The position numbers and the translations under genes were made by a program. Below are positions 1-10,118 of a DNA stretch of 64,000 bases, piece by piece. The first letter of the stretch is position 1; each line of letters opens with the position of its first letter. The notes beneath the pieces were generated by a model. That model made no database searches. It was not told where the DNA came from and saw nothing but the letters and a program-made list of their open reading frames with translations. This DNA is from an uncultured Candidatus Saccharibacteria bacterium (GTDB lineage Bacteria; Patescibacteriota; Minisyncoccia; Phycocordibacterales; UBA9973): the NCBI GenBank assembly GCA_964402895.1, contig CAYODR010000001.1, positions 53,641 through 117,640 on the forward strand, read 5' to 3'.

Positions 1-1518
1 ACTTTTTACAGCTTCAGGCACACTTTCTCTAATAGGGTCTCTAAAACGAATAAGTCCTGATAGTATGAAATCATTTTTTTGTGTGAAATCATGGATATTG
101 CCATCATTTTGTATTTCCATTTTTACTACACCGATGATTCGCTCTCCTGAACCCGAAAGAGTATCTATTTGATTTAGAACATCCAGCTTTTCTTTTTCAG
201 AGAGATTGGTTTTATTTAAAAGAATATCTGGCGCTCCCAGCAGGCTTATGTATTTTTTGTTTTCTTGTTCATATAATACTCCGGTGTATTTGTTTACAGA
301 GTTAAAAGAAAGTTTCTCTATAATTTGGATTTTGGATTTCAGATTTTTTAATTCTTCTCTTTTTTCTAAAACATCAATCAATGCAATATCTAGCGGTCGG
401 CCAATAATTTCATCTTCATGTTTTGTGACATCAGTATTTAATATCGCATCAATTAAAATTATGTCCTTATCTTTTTCATCAAAAACATCTACATCTATAA
501 GCGAGAGTTTGCCTTCAGTCAAAGTACCTGTTTTGTCTGTGAGGATTAGTGTAGTAGTCCCCAAGGTCTCTGTAGCGGTCATTTTACGTACTACAGCCTT
601 GTTTTTAGCCAAAGATTCAGCTCCAATAGCTAAGACTACGGATAGGGCAATAGGGAGGCTTTCAGGCACAGCTGAGACAATAATAGCGATACTTAATATC
701 AAAACATCTGCAAGTTCGTATCCACTATAAAGACCTATTACACCAATGATTATGCCAATAAAAATAAGTACAGCAGAGATTATTTTTGTGAACTTGGCAA
801 TAGATTTTTCAAGAGGGGTTTTATTATTTGATTGTTTACTTACTAGGTTTGCAATATTTCCTATTTGCGTATTTTTGCCTATAGATACTACTACACCCTC
901 TGCCATTCCATCAGAAACCACTGTCCCGGCCCAAAGCATATTGGTAGTATCAGAAAGCGGTGTATTTATATCTAGTAGAGAATTATTTTTTTTAGTCGGT
1001 AGAGATTCTCCAGTGAGAATAGATTCATCAGCTTCTAGATTTGTGTATTTATATATGCGTATGTCTGCTGGTACCTTATCTCCATTTTTAAGAAAAATAT
1101 AATCTCCGATTGTGATATCAGATGTGTCAATTGGTTTCTTGATACCATCGCGCAGTACCCGTGCTTTTTCTTTGATATAATTTTCTAATTTTTGCACAGC
1201 ATTGTCTGCTTTATATTCTTGCCAAAATCCTAAAATTACATTTACAAAAATAACTCCAATGATGAAAAAACCTTCAAACTTTTCTCCTAAGAAAAAAGAT
1301 AAAGCACTTGCAATAATTAAAAGAAAGATAAAAGGATTTTTAAATTGATGAAGTAAAATCCCATAGGCACTTAAGTGCTTACCAGTACTTATAGTATTTG
1401 ATCCCAAGAGCTTTTTTCTGGAGGAAGCATCTTTTTCTGATAATCCTTTGTTGCTAGTTTTAAGTTCTGAGAAGATATCTTCTATATTTTTTGCATGAGG
1501 GTTTTTTATTTCTAGCAT
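1..1518 (-). CDS. P-type cation-transporting ATPase, N-terminal ~505 aa (C-terminus beyond window start)
   Basis: Minus frame is open from ATG (complement 1516-1518) to position 1. Translation starts MLEIKNPHAKNIEDIFSELKTSNKGLSEKDASS. The DKTGTLT phospho-aspartate motif is encoded around 515-540. It is absent from the ORF track only because it is partial. Plus-strand ORFs 206-730 and 746-1102 are antisense artefacts. Confidence 0.8.
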   Translation of the reverse strand, partial: MLEIKNPHAKNIEDIFSELKTSNKGLSEKDASSRKKLLGSNTISTGKHLSAYGILLHQFKNPFIFLLIIASALSFFLGEKFEGFFIIGVIFVNVILGFWQEYKADNAVQKLENYIKEKARVLRDGIKKPIDTSDITIGDYIFLKNGDKVPADIRIYKYTNLEADESILTGESLPTKKNNSLLDINTPLSDTTNMLWAGTVVSDGMAEGVVVSIGKNTQIGNIANLVSKQSNNKTPLEKSIAKFTKIISAVLIFIGIIIGVIGLYSGYELADVLILSIAIIVSAVPESLPIALSVVLAIGAESLAKNKAVVRKMTATETLGTTTLILTDKTGTLTEGKLSLIDVDVFDEKDKDIILIDAILNTDVTKHEDEIIGRPLDIALIDVLEKREELKNLKSKIQIIEKLSFNSVNKYTGVLYEQENKKYISLLGAPDILLNKTNLSEKEKLDVLNQIDTLSGSGERIIGVVKMEIQNDGNIHDFTQKNDFILSGLIRFRDPIRESVPEAVKS

Positions 1519-1520
1519 GT

Positions 1521-2456
1521 TTATTGATTTGTTTTAATCCAAATATATAAATCTTCTATTGCTTTTACTGCATCACCGGCTGCGATATTGTTTTGGTGAT
1601 ATAGTCCATCAGTACAGTCTCCCGCTGCCCAAATACCTGTTGTGCTTGTACGCTGGGTTTTTGGATCGGTGACTACATGTCCTGATTCTGTGAGCTCTAA
1701 AATATTAGACAAAAAACTTGTATTTGGTATTTGTCCTATTTCTACAAAGATAGCTCCAACTTCTATTTCTTTTTCTTCACCAGTATTTTTGTCTGTATAT
1801 ACCACTCCATTTACAAATATTTCACCTTTAATTTCTTTAATATCTGTATTTTTTAAAATGGTCACATTTTCTAGTTTTTCAACTTCTCTTACTGTGATTT
1901 CATCTGCTCTGAATTTTTCACTTCTGTGTATAAGAGTCACATGTGATGCGTATTGAGAGAGTTGTAGTACTGCTTCAAGTGCGGCATTCCCACCACCAGC
2001 AACAGCTACTGGTTGACCCGAAAAGATTGGACCATCACAGGTTGCGCAATACATGATACCTTTATTATCAAATTCTTTTGCTCCCGGCACGCTGAGCTTG
2101 CGATGTGTTGATCCTGTGGCTATAAGTACAGTCTTGGTTGTGATAGTATTTTGATTACTTAAAAGAATTTGAAATCCACCATCAATCTTTTCTATATTTT
2201 CTACCCTATGCCCAGTACTCATGGTGAGAGTGTGTCCGTCTTTTGTATATTCTTCAGCGTGCTTTTTAAGGTTCTCTGCAAGTGCGGGACCAGAAATGGC
2301 GGGAGTACCGATCCAGTTGAAAATAGTATCAGAAACAGATGATTGTCCACCAATTTCTTCGGCGATTAGTATTGTTTGTAGTCTTTTTCTAGCAGAGTAG
2401 ACTGCGCCGGCGATACCAGCTGGCCCTCCACCAATAATTGCAATGTCATAAATCAT
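1521..2456 (-). CDS. trxB: thioredoxin-disulfide reductase
   Basis: FAD motif IIGGGPAG, redox-active CATCDG, NADPH motif GGGNAA; 311 aa. Confidence 0.9.
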   Translation of the reverse strand: MIYDIAIIGGGPAGIAGAVYSARKRLQTILIAEEIGGQSSVSDTIFNWIGTPAISGPALAENLKKHAEEYTKDGHTLTMSTGHRVENIEKIDGGFQILLSNQNTITTKTVLIATGSTHRKLSVPGAKEFDNKGIMYCATCDGPIFSGQPVAVAGGGNAALEAVLQLSQYASHVTLIHRSEKFRADEITVREVEKLENVTILKNTDIKEIKGEIFVNGVVYTDKNTGEEKEIEVGAIFVEIGQIPNTSFLSNILELTESGHVVTDPKTQRTSTTGIWAAGDCTDGLYHQNNIAAGDAVKAIEDLYIWIKTNQ

Positions 2457-2497
2457 AATTTTATTATAGGTTATTTTGTTTAATAAGAAAAATATTT

Positions 2498-2899
2498 TTA
2501 GTTTTTAAATTTACAGTCAGTGAGTTTGGCTTTGTATATTTTTGCATTTGGGTCTTTAACAAATTTCCCATCAATAAAAGTACCTGTACGAGAATTTATT
2601 TCTTTATAAACTTCTTCCATCACTTCCTTAGGGTCATAACCTAGTTTAGCAATAGCACCAGTCGCAAAAACTATGATATCTGCCCATGCATCAACCATTT
2701 TTTCTTTATCTTCTGGGGTATTGGTTATGATTTCTTCTACATATTTTTGAGAAGCTTCTTGGGCTGTGATACTGTCGTATTTATCAGTACTTTCTAAAAG
2801 CTCTTCTATGATAAATGAAGCTTCTTTTTTATGATTAAATCCTTTTTCTATTAGTCCGCGTTCTTTGTTCCACTCTACAATTCTTGATAAAATATCCAT
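2498..2899 (-). CDS. hypothetical all-alpha protein, possibly MazG-like nucleotide pyrophosphohydrolase
   Basis: 133 aa with acidic EExxE/DxxxD clusters (IIEELLES, DAWADII) reminiscent of the NTP-PPase fold; assignment by resemblance only. Confidence 0.35.
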   Translation of the reverse strand: MDILSRIVEWNKERGLIEKGFNHKKEASFIIEELLESTDKYDSITAQEASQKYVEEIITNTPEDKEKMVDAWADIIVFATGAIAKLGYDPKEVMEEVYKEINSRTGTFIDGKFVKDPNAKIYKAKLTDCKFKN

Positions 2900-2959
2900 A
2901 TAAAATCATTATAACAAAAAACAAAAAAACTACCCATTTACGGGTAGTTTTTTTGTTTC

Positions 2960-4147
2960 TTATTTTTTATTTCTTCTAAGAAATGCTGGAATAGCTCCCC
3001 AGTCTTCTTCATCTTCAATGATTTCTGGCTCAGAAGCAGTAGTGTCTTCTTTTACGGGTTCTATTTTCTTTACAAAAGGTTTAACTTCTGGTGCATTTTC
3101 CTTTTCTTCAGATAATCTATCTTGTTCGTTGCGAGAGTTGGTAAAGATTTGGTTGGCACTTTGTCCGAAGAGATTGTTTTTCTTTGAAAGTTCATTTGGA
3201 AAACCAGTAGCAATGACTGTGATTTTCATTTCACCTTTTTTCATTCTTTCATCTAAGATGGTACCAATGATTACGCGGGCATCTTTATCAATACTTTCCG
3301 TGATTACTTTGGCTGCGTCTTGAAACTCTGTCATTGTCAGATCATCGTTTGATGAGATTGCAAAGAGTACGCCACGAGCACCATTGATAGAAATATCTAG
3401 GAGAGGGGAATTGATAGCTTGAACAGCCGCTTTTTCTGCTCTGTCTTCACCGCTTGAGAATCCTACGCCCATAAGTGCAGTACCCGCATCTGTAAGTACG
3501 CTCTTCATATCAGCAAAGTCCACATTGATGATACCGGGAGATGCTATGAGTTCTGAGATACCTTCAACCGCTTGAAGAAGTACTTCATCACATTTTGCAA
3601 AAGCATCTTTAAATGTTGTGTCTTTTCCAGAGATTGCTAGTAAGCGGTCGTTTGGAATAATAATGATAGCGTCTACTTCTTTTTCAAGTTCTGCAATACC
3701 GCCCTCTGCGAGTCTCATTCTTTGATTGCCCTCAAAGAAGAAAGGTTTGGTTACAACTCCGACAGTAAGGATACCGGCTTCCTTTGCAGCTTTCGCAACA
3801 ACAGGTGCAGCTCCAGTACCAGTACCACCCCCCATACCACAAGCAATAAAAACCATATCAGCACCCTTGATGGCATCTTGGATTTCTGTTTTGGTTTCTT
3901 CGGCAGCGCGCATACCCATGTCAGGATTTCCTCCAGCCCCAAGACCTTTAGTCAAATTTTTACCTAAATGTATTTTTCTATCTGCAAGAGATTTGTGTAG
4001 GTCTTGCACATCTGTATTCATCGCAATGAATTCAACAGTACGAACTTTGTTGCTAATCATGTGATTGATAGCGTTTCCTCCTGAACCACCCACACCGATT
4101 ACCTTGATGCGTGCGGCAGTTTCTATATCTGGGCTTACTTTTGGCAT
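2960..4147 (-). CDS. ftsZ: cell division GTPase FtsZ
   Basis: GVGGSGGNAINHM and tubulin signature GMGGGTGTGAAPVVA. Confidence 0.95.
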   Translation of the reverse strand: MPKVSPDIETAARIKVIGVGGSGGNAINHMISNKVRTVEFIAMNTDVQDLHKSLADRKIHLGKNLTKGLGAGGNPDMGMRAAEETKTEIQDAIKGADMVFIACGMGGGTGTGAAPVVAKAAKEAGILTVGVVTKPFFFEGNQRMRLAEGGIAELEKEVDAIIIIPNDRLLAISGKDTTFKDAFAKCDEVLLQAVEGISELIASPGIINVDFADMKSVLTDAGTALMGVGFSSGEDRAEKAAVQAINSPLLDISINGARGVLFAISSNDDLTMTEFQDAAKVITESIDKDARVIIGTILDERMKKGEMKITVIATGFPNELSKKNNLFGQSANQIFTNSRNEQDRLSEEKENAPEVKPFVKKIEPVKEDTTASEPEIIEDEEDWGAIPAFLRRNKK

Positions 4148-4255
4148 ATTTTTATCAATTATTATCCCTTTCCACGGGGGCTTATTACTATAAACTTAAT
4201 ATTAGCAGAAAAGAGCAAAAGTACAACAACTTTGACAAAATGTTAAGTTGTGTTT

Positions 4256-5434
4256 TTATGGCATCAATTGTTTTAGAAAGTCTTTAATGAAAGACCAAAA
4301 ACCTTCACCTTCGTAGTTGTTTGATGGAGAATTTCTTTTTTTACTACTTTTAAAATTATTTTGTTCGTTATTGATTGCCACAGAATACGCAAGAATGAAT
4401 CTCGGATCTTTGATTGGACCTTTCACACTTGGAATATCTACATGACCTAAGCGAACTGGAATTTTTAAAATATTTTTTGCTGGATTTTCAAGCGCTGGAG
4501 CTAAAGAGCCGCCACCGATAATGATTGCACCGGATGGGAGCAATCCACTTCTACCGATTTTTTTCAAATATCTGTCTATGAGTTCAAAAATATCTGAATA
4601 TCTAGCTTCAACTATTTCATCTATTTTTCTTTTTGGTACTGATTGAAAATTTAATGTTCCGAGTTTTATGCCTTCAGCTTCTTCAGGTGAGATAGTCAGT
4701 CCAAGTGCAATATCTTTTGTGATATCAAGTGAGCCTAAGCTGAGCACATGCGTGATCGTCGGTGTGCCATTTTCATATACTGATATAGATACTGTCTCAG
4801 CTCCAATGTCTATCAAGACGCAACCAAAATTTTTCTGCATGTCTGTAAGGAGTATTCTATGTGCTGCGAGAGGGTTGGCAATAAAACTTAGGACTTTGAT
4901 ATTTGCAGCATCCATGACAGCGAGTGCGTCATCTAAATGTTGTTTGAAGCAAGTAATAAATAAAACTTTGACTTCAAGCTTTAAGCCATAAATACCATCT
5001 GGGCGAGTAGGGAGCTCTTTGCCATCTATTTTAAATACAAGCGGGAAGGCGTGTAGGATGACTTTATTTTTAAGATCTATCTGAGATTCTGCTTCTTGGA
5101 TAGCATTATCAATATCAAGTTTGCTGATGATGCTATCTGCGCGACTTGTGACTGCTCCTCCTTGCGCATAAACACTTTCAATCCCAGTACCATTGATAGT
5201 GATGCTCGCACTTTTTATGCGAGTACCGAGCTCTTTTTCTGCCATTCTGATGGCCTCCATCAGACTTCCAAATACATCTTCTTTGTTTACGATATATCCA
5301 TGCCTTACGCCACGGGTTTTAGAGAGTCCTGTTGCAACAATCTTTGGATGCTGACCATCACTCGCACCAGTAGTCACCACTACTCTTGTAGTGTCGGATC
5401 CGATATCTATGCCAGTGAAGTATTGTTGTTTCAT
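4256..5434 (-). CDS. ftsA: cell division protein FtsA (actin-like ATPase)
   Basis: GIDIGSDTTRVVV phosphate-1 motif and DIGAETVSISV phosphate-2 motif; immediately upstream of ftsZ. Confidence 0.9.
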   Translation of the reverse strand: MKQQYFTGIDIGSDTTRVVVTTGASDGQHPKIVATGLSKTRGVRHGYIVNKEDVFGSLMEAIRMAEKELGTRIKSASITINGTGIESVYAQGGAVTSRADSIISKLDIDNAIQEAESQIDLKNKVILHAFPLVFKIDGKELPTRPDGIYGLKLEVKVLFITCFKQHLDDALAVMDAANIKVLSFIANPLAAHRILLTDMQKNFGCVLIDIGAETVSISVYENGTPTITHVLSLGSLDITKDIALGLTISPEEAEGIKLGTLNFQSVPKRKIDEIVEARYSDIFELIDRYLKKIGRSGLLPSGAIIIGGGSLAPALENPAKNILKIPVRLGHVDIPSVKGPIKDPRFILAYSVAINNEQNNFKSSKKRNSPSNNYEGEGFWSFIKDFLKQLMP

Positions 5435-5436
5435 TT

Positions 5437-5835
5437 TTATGATAAGTGTTTTTTTATTTTCTTCAAATAAAATTCCTCCTTATCTTCCATTGTACATCCA
5501 TGTTCGTATCCTATCAAATGCAATGAGCTGTGGATGATTAAAAAAGTGATGTATGTGAGTAGGTTCATGTTGAATTTTTTGTATTCTTTTTTGATTGCAT
5601 CCATACAAAGTACAATCTCTCCACTGTCTTTACTAAGTGAAAAAGAGAGCGTGTTTGGTGTGTATTCTTTTTGTCTGTGCTCTATATTTAATTTTTGTGC
5701 TGTCTTTGGTCCGACAAAAGAAATTGAAAGATCATACTTTGCCCCTAGTATCATTTTTTTAACAGCCAAAAAAGGCACGCTTGGGAGCGTGCCTTTTGAG
5801 GAGATAGTAAGTTTTGGATATTCCAAGACCGCCAT
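5437..5835 (-). CDS. ybeY: rRNA maturation endoribonuclease YbeY
   Basis: HSSLHLIGYEHG zinc-binding motif (HxxxHxxGxxH); 132 aa. Confidence 0.85.
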   Translation of the reverse strand: MAVLEYPKLTISSKGTLPSVPFLAVKKMILGAKYDLSISFVGPKTAQKLNIEHRQKEYTPNTLSFSLSKDSGEIVLCMDAIKKEYKKFNMNLLTYITFLIIHSSLHLIGYEHGCTMEDKEEFYLKKIKKHLS

Positions 5836-5837
5836 TA

Positions 5838-6062
5838 TTACATCTTACCTAATTTTTTAAGTCTTTCAACTTCTTTTCTACGAGCGATTTTTTTTAAAGC
5901 AGAGTTTTTTTGTGCAAGCTCATTTGGCTTTCTTACAGCATACCTTTTGCTTTTAACTTTTGGGATAACACCACTTTCAATCATTTTGCGAGAAAAACGA
6001 CGAATCGTGCTCATTGAGTTTTCGTTATTATTTTGGGTAATTTCAACATTAATCATTGACAT
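5838..6062 (-). CDS. rpsU: 30S ribosomal protein S21
   Basis: MSMINVEITQNNNENSMSTIRRFSRK...KPNELAQKNSALKKIARRKE; likely start is the ATG at 6062 (the track ORF is N-extended to 6098). Confidence 0.85.
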   Translation of the reverse strand: MSMINVEITQNNNENSMSTIRRFSRKMIESGVIPKVKSKRYAVRKPNELAQKNSALKKIARRKEVERLKKLGKM

Positions 6063-6205
6063 GGGACATATAGTAGCACGCAAAAATAAAAGAAGCAAGC
6101 AAATAAAATAGGGGATTTTATTAAAAATATAGGTATATATTGTATTACTAAAATAAAAAAAGCCGCATAATTGCTATGAGGCTTTTGAAGATTGTAATAT
6201 AAGGA

Positions 6206-6718
6206 CTAATCCAAGTCGCAGAAGCAAACAAGGACAACGGTAGAAGTCAAGGAAAACTCGAAGCAACAAAGTCTGAACTCCCAGCTACCGTCCGAACGCC
6301 GGCCCGCACCCGGCACCCCGAGGTAGCCGAGACAGTCTTCCCAAAGTGAACCTTTTTCATCAAAGGAAACTACCCACTTACCATCTGGGAAGATACTAGG
6401 CTGATTTTCTTGTAGGGCAGTCAAACCCTGTCCTCCTACCAGGATTGCATTATTGGCTTTCAAGAAACATAAGCATTTGCCACTTGAAGCTTCTTCCAAG
6501 ATTGAAAAAAGCTTGATTCTGTAGGTTTTCCCCGGTACCAGCTTATTTGATGATTTTGCAAAGTTTTGGCTGTTAAGATTACCGTCAAAGTAATAAATAG
6601 TTCTCAGTTTATTAGTCTTCTTAGCGAAGACATCGATTTGAGTATCGTGGTTGTAATCAATAGGGACTGTGAATGTTCCCTTTCCCTCTAGGAGGTCTTT
6701 GCTGAAATTTCTGTTCAT
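6206..6718 (-). CDS. hypothetical protein with GC-rich Cys-rich C-terminal tail (…SWEFRLCCFEF…)
   Basis: 170-aa ORF driven by conserved promoter cassette Z; the last ~50 codons (6206-6360) are markedly GC-rich relative to the rest. Confidence 0.5.
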   Translation of the reverse strand: MNRNFSKDLLEGKGTFTVPIDYNHDTQIDVFAKKTNKLRTIYYFDGNLNSQNFAKSSNKLVPGKTYRIKLFSILEEASSGKCLCFLKANNAILVGGQGLTALQENQPSIFPDGKWVVSFDEKGSLWEDCLGYLGVPGAGRRSDGSWEFRLCCFEFSLTSTVVLVCFCDLD

Positions 6719-6744
6719 TATTTGTTAGTTTTTTGTTGTGAAAG

Positions 6745-6798
6745 TTTTTACTTTATCTTATTTGATTAAATAATAGCATATAGTTTGTAAAAAGTCAA
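6745..6798 (-). promoter_or_regulatory. conserved promoter+leader cassette, copy Z (TTGACT-17-TATTAT + TTAATCAAATAAGATAAAG)
   Basis: Reverse complement reads ggtaTTGACTttttacaaactatatgcTATTATttaatcaaataagataaagtaaaaa. The -35 is at complement 6793-6798 and the -10 at complement 6770-6775. Confidence 0.6.
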
Positions 6799-6861
6799 TA
6801 CCACGCGGTAATATACACACCCTTTCAAAAAAAGCTTTTTTGTGAGATTATAAATGTAATT

Positions 6862-8325
6862 ATGAAAAAGACTGACCAAAAACAATTTGAGAAAAAAATA
6901 ACTCCAAGAAGTGAAGATTATTCAGCTTGGTATTTAGATATTATTGATGCTGCTGATCTTGCTGAATACGCGCCAGTAAAAGGATCTATGGTTATAAAAC
7001 CATATGGTTATTCTATTTGGGAAAAAGTACAAAGTGTTTTAGATTCAAAGTTTAAAGAATATAATGTTCAGAATGCTTATTTCCCATTGTTAATTCCTGA
7101 GAGACTTTTAAAGAGAGAGGCACAACATGTTGAAGGTTTTGCTCCGGAGGTTGCTGTTGTTACTCATGCAGGAGGAGAGAAATTAGATGAACCATTGGTT
7201 ATTCGTCCTACATCTGAAACTATTATTTATGAAGTTTTTTCTGGATGGGTTAATTCTTATAGAGATTTACCTTTATTAATAAATCAATGGGCAAATGTTG
7301 TTAGATGGGAATTGCGTACTAAACCATTTCTTAGAACAACAGAATTTTTATGGCAGGAAGGTCATACCGTACATGCTACTCTAGAAGAAGCAGATGATTT
7401 TGCAAGACAAATGTTAGATGTTTATACTAATTTTTCTAGAGACTATATGGCGATACCTATTGTTAGAGGAGAAAAAACCGAAAGTGAAAAATTTGCTGGT
7501 GCGTATAAAACTTATTGTTGCGAAGCAATGATGCAAGATGGTAAAGCTTTACAATATGCAACCTCTCATAATCTTGGTGATAATTTTGCAAAAGCTTTTG
7601 GTGTTGAATTTTTAGATAAAGATAATAATAAAAAATTTGGACAACAAACTAGTTGGGGGCTCTCAACTAGGTCTATTGGTGGGTTAATAATGACACATAG
7701 CGATGATAAGGGGTTGGTGTTACCCCCTAAAATGGCTAGTAAAAAGGTTGTTATAGTTCCTATACTAAAAGGAGATACAGATATTTTGTTAGAGATATCA
7801 AACAAGTTAAAAATAGCGATAGAAGATAAGATAGGAAAAAATTGCGTATATATAGATACTAGAGATGGACTAACTGTTGGAGAAAAATTCTATGAATGGG
7901 AGAAAAAGGGTGTTCCTTTAAGAATAGAAATTGGTCCCAGAGACTTAGAAAACAATCAATGTGTTTTGATTTCTAGAATTCATGAAGGTAAAGAATCTTT
8001 ATCCATTTTAGATTTAGAAGTTTTCTCATCTTTCATATCTGATAAATTAGATAGTATTCAAAATGAGCTATTACATAGAGCAGAGAAAAGACTGAAAGAA
8101 AATACTGTTAAGGTTGATTCTTGGGATGATTTTGTTGCGCAGATTAATGATAGTAAATTTATACTTGCACATTGGGATGGTACAAAAGAAACTGAGAAAA
8201 AAATAAAAGATGAAACTGGTGCTACTATAAGATGTTTACCTTTTGATGAAGAAAAAGAAGATGGATTTTGTGTAAAAACTGGTAATAAATCAGATAGAAG
8301 AGTTTTGTTTGCCAAATCATATTAA
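6862..8325 (+). CDS. proS: prolyl-tRNA synthetase, archaeal/eukaryotic-type
   Basis: 487 aa with class II motifs and the archaeal-type architecture (N-terminal catalytic core, C-terminal zinc-type domain). It lacks the bacterial insertion/editing domain. Confidence 0.85.
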   Translation: MKKTDQKQFEKKITPRSEDYSAWYLDIIDAADLAEYAPVKGSMVIKPYGYSIWEKVQSVLDSKFKEYNVQNAYFPLLIPERLLKREAQHVEGFAPEVAVVTHAGGEKLDEPLVIRPTSETIIYEVFSGWVNSYRDLPLLINQWANVVRWELRTKPFLRTTEFLWQEGHTVHATLEEADDFARQMLDVYTNFSRDYMAIPIVRGEKTESEKFAGAYKTYCCEAMMQDGKALQYATSHNLGDNFAKAFGVEFLDKDNNKKFGQQTSWGLSTRSIGGLIMTHSDDKGLVLPPKMASKKVVIVPILKGDTDILLEISNKLKIAIEDKIGKNCVYIDTRDGLTVGEKFYEWEKKGVPLRIEIGPRDLENNQCVLISRIHEGKESLSILDLEVFSSFISDKLDSIQNELLHRAEKRLKENTVKVDSWDDFVAQINDSKFILAHWDGTKETEKKIKDETGATIRCLPFDEEKEDGFCVKTGNKSDRRVLFAKSY

Positions 8326-8328
8326 AAA

Positions 8329-9372
8329 ATGTTTAAAAATCTTTATAAAAAATTTTCAAATGATATAGGAATAGACTTAGGTACTGCCAATACTTTAGTT
8401 TATTTAAAAGGGCGTGGGGTCATCATCAATGAGCCCTCTATCGTGGCGGTCAATCAAAAGACAGGTCAGATTGTAGCAGTGGGGCATGAAGCTAAAAATA
8501 TGTGGGGCAAAACTCCGGCACACATATCTATCATTAGGCCACTTTCTGAAGGTGTAGTATCTGATTTTGAAATGACAGAAGAAATGCTTGCATATTTTTT
8601 GCGTAAAGCAGAAAAAATGTCAAAGAAATTTTTTAGACCAAGGGTTGTGATTGGTATTCCCAGTGGGATTACCAATGTAGAAACGCGAGCTGTATATGAT
8701 GCCGCTATTGATGCTGGAGCAAGAGAGGTGCATTTGATAGAAGAAACAATGGCAGCCGCTATTGGGATGAGACTTCCAGTGCTTGAATCTAGCGCGAATT
8801 TCATTGTAGATATCGGTGGTGGCACTACAGACATTTCTTTAATCTCACTCGGTGGGATTGTGCGTAGTTTGAATCTGCGTGTGGCAGGAGATCAGTTCAA
8901 TACTAGAATCATTGAATATATTCGTGATGAATTTAAACTTTTAATCGGAGAAAAAACTGCAGAAAATGTAAAGCTGACACTTGGTAGTGCGATTGAAACT
9001 GACTATATGGAAATGGAAGTTCGGGGAAGAGATTTGGTGACAGGACTTCCTAAAGCCTTGATTGTGACAGACGGCGATATCAGAGAAGCACTCTCTTCAT
9101 CTATTACTATTATTCTTTCTGGTATTCAAGAGGTACTTGAAACTGCGCCACCGGAAATGGTATCTGATATAATTGTAAATGGTATTTTTATTACAGGCGG
9201 CGGAGCGATTTTAAATGGACTTACTAAGCTTTTAAGGACAGAACTCAAAATACCAGTACATGTCGCTGATGACCCACTGTCTGCTGTGGCTCGTGGTACC
9301 GGTGTAGTACTTGAGAATTTTGAAAAATTTGAAGAGGTTTTAATTCCAATCACAGATCATGTCACAATATAG
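8329..9372 (+). CDS. mreB: rod shape-determining protein MreB
   Basis: GIDLGTANTLVY, DIGGGTTDISLIS actin-fold motifs; 347 aa. Confidence 0.9.
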   Translation: MFKNLYKKFSNDIGIDLGTANTLVYLKGRGVIINEPSIVAVNQKTGQIVAVGHEAKNMWGKTPAHISIIRPLSEGVVSDFEMTEEMLAYFLRKAEKMSKKFFRPRVVIGIPSGITNVETRAVYDAAIDAGAREVHLIEETMAAAIGMRLPVLESSANFIVDIGGGTTDISLISLGGIVRSLNLRVAGDQFNTRIIEYIRDEFKLLIGEKTAENVKLTLGSAIETDYMEMEVRGRDLVTGLPKALIVTDGDIREALSSSITIILSGIQEVLETAPPEMVSDIIVNGIFITGGGAILNGLTKLLRTELKIPVHVADDPLSAVARGTGVVLENFEKFEEVLIPITDHVTI

Positions 9373-10117
9373 TTTAAATAAAAAAAATAAATTAAAATTC
9401 AAAGACTATATTTTAAGAGGTATTGGTTTGATTATTTTTATTTTAGCACTATTTTTTGCTATTAATTCTTTTGTAAAATCTCGTGCTTTTAGTATCACAC
9501 CTTTCTATGTAGATAGTTTAGGGATTGAGACCCTAACACGCTCAGGACTTATTAAAAAGGTGCATGAGCTTAATTCTGTAATACAAAGTCATAGTGCTCG
9601 TATTTCAAGAATAGAAATACTTGAAAATGAAAATCAAAGACTTAAAAAAGAGCTTGGCAGAGAAAGTGCAATTGGTGGCATACTTGCAAATGTTTTAACT
9701 ATTCCAAATAGAAGTATTTATGACACTTTTATGATTGATGCTGGAGCTGAGCAAGGTATCACAGAAGGTATGAATGTATATGCTTTTGATGCGATTGCAC
9801 TTGGTACTGTGTCTGAGGTTTATAATCAAAAAGCACTAGTTACGCTTTTTAGTCAGTCCGGTAGAGAGACAGTAGGCAATGTAGTAAGTAGTGAAATGAA
9901 TATCACACTTGTCGGGCGTGGGGCAGGAGAGTATGAAGTAAGAATGCCGAGAGATATTGCTTTTGCTGTGGGAGACAAAGTTTCTTTTCAAAGTATAAAT
10001 CCAACTGTCTTAGCTGAAATCCAAAAGATAATGACAGACCCTCGTGATCCATTTCAAAGACTTTTAGCCAAAACCCCCATGAACCTCGTAAATCTAAAAT
10101 GGGTAATTGTAAAATAA
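9359..10117 (+). CDS. mreC: rod shape-determining protein MreC
   Basis: N-terminal TM, coiled-coil (RISRIEILENENQRLKKEL), beta-rich C-terminal domain; overlaps the mreB stop. Confidence 0.75.
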   Translation: MSQYSLNKKNKLKFKDYILRGIGLIIFILALFFAINSFVKSRAFSITPFYVDSLGIETLTRSGLIKKVHELNSVIQSHSARISRIEILENENQRLKKELGRESAIGGILANVLTIPNRSIYDTFMIDAGAEQGITEGMNVYAFDAIALGTVSEVYNQKALVTLFSQSGRETVGNVVSSEMNITLVGRGAGEYEVRMPRDIAFAVGDKVSFQSINPTVLAEIQKIMTDPRDPFQRLLAKTPMNLVNLKWVIVK

Positions 10118-10118
10118 A

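Noticed and set aside
206-1102. Plus-strand ORFs 206-730 and 746-1102
   Set aside because: They are antisense to the P-type ATPase reading frame, which carries the DKTGTLT motif. They are low-complexity translations with no motifs.
1642-5470. Short ORFs on the opposite strand inside trxB, ftsZ and ftsA (1642-1956, 3018-3323, 3722-4064, 4668-4991, 5096-5470)
   Set aside because: They are fully embedded antisense to well-supported genes, and the shadow ORFs have no recognisable motifs.
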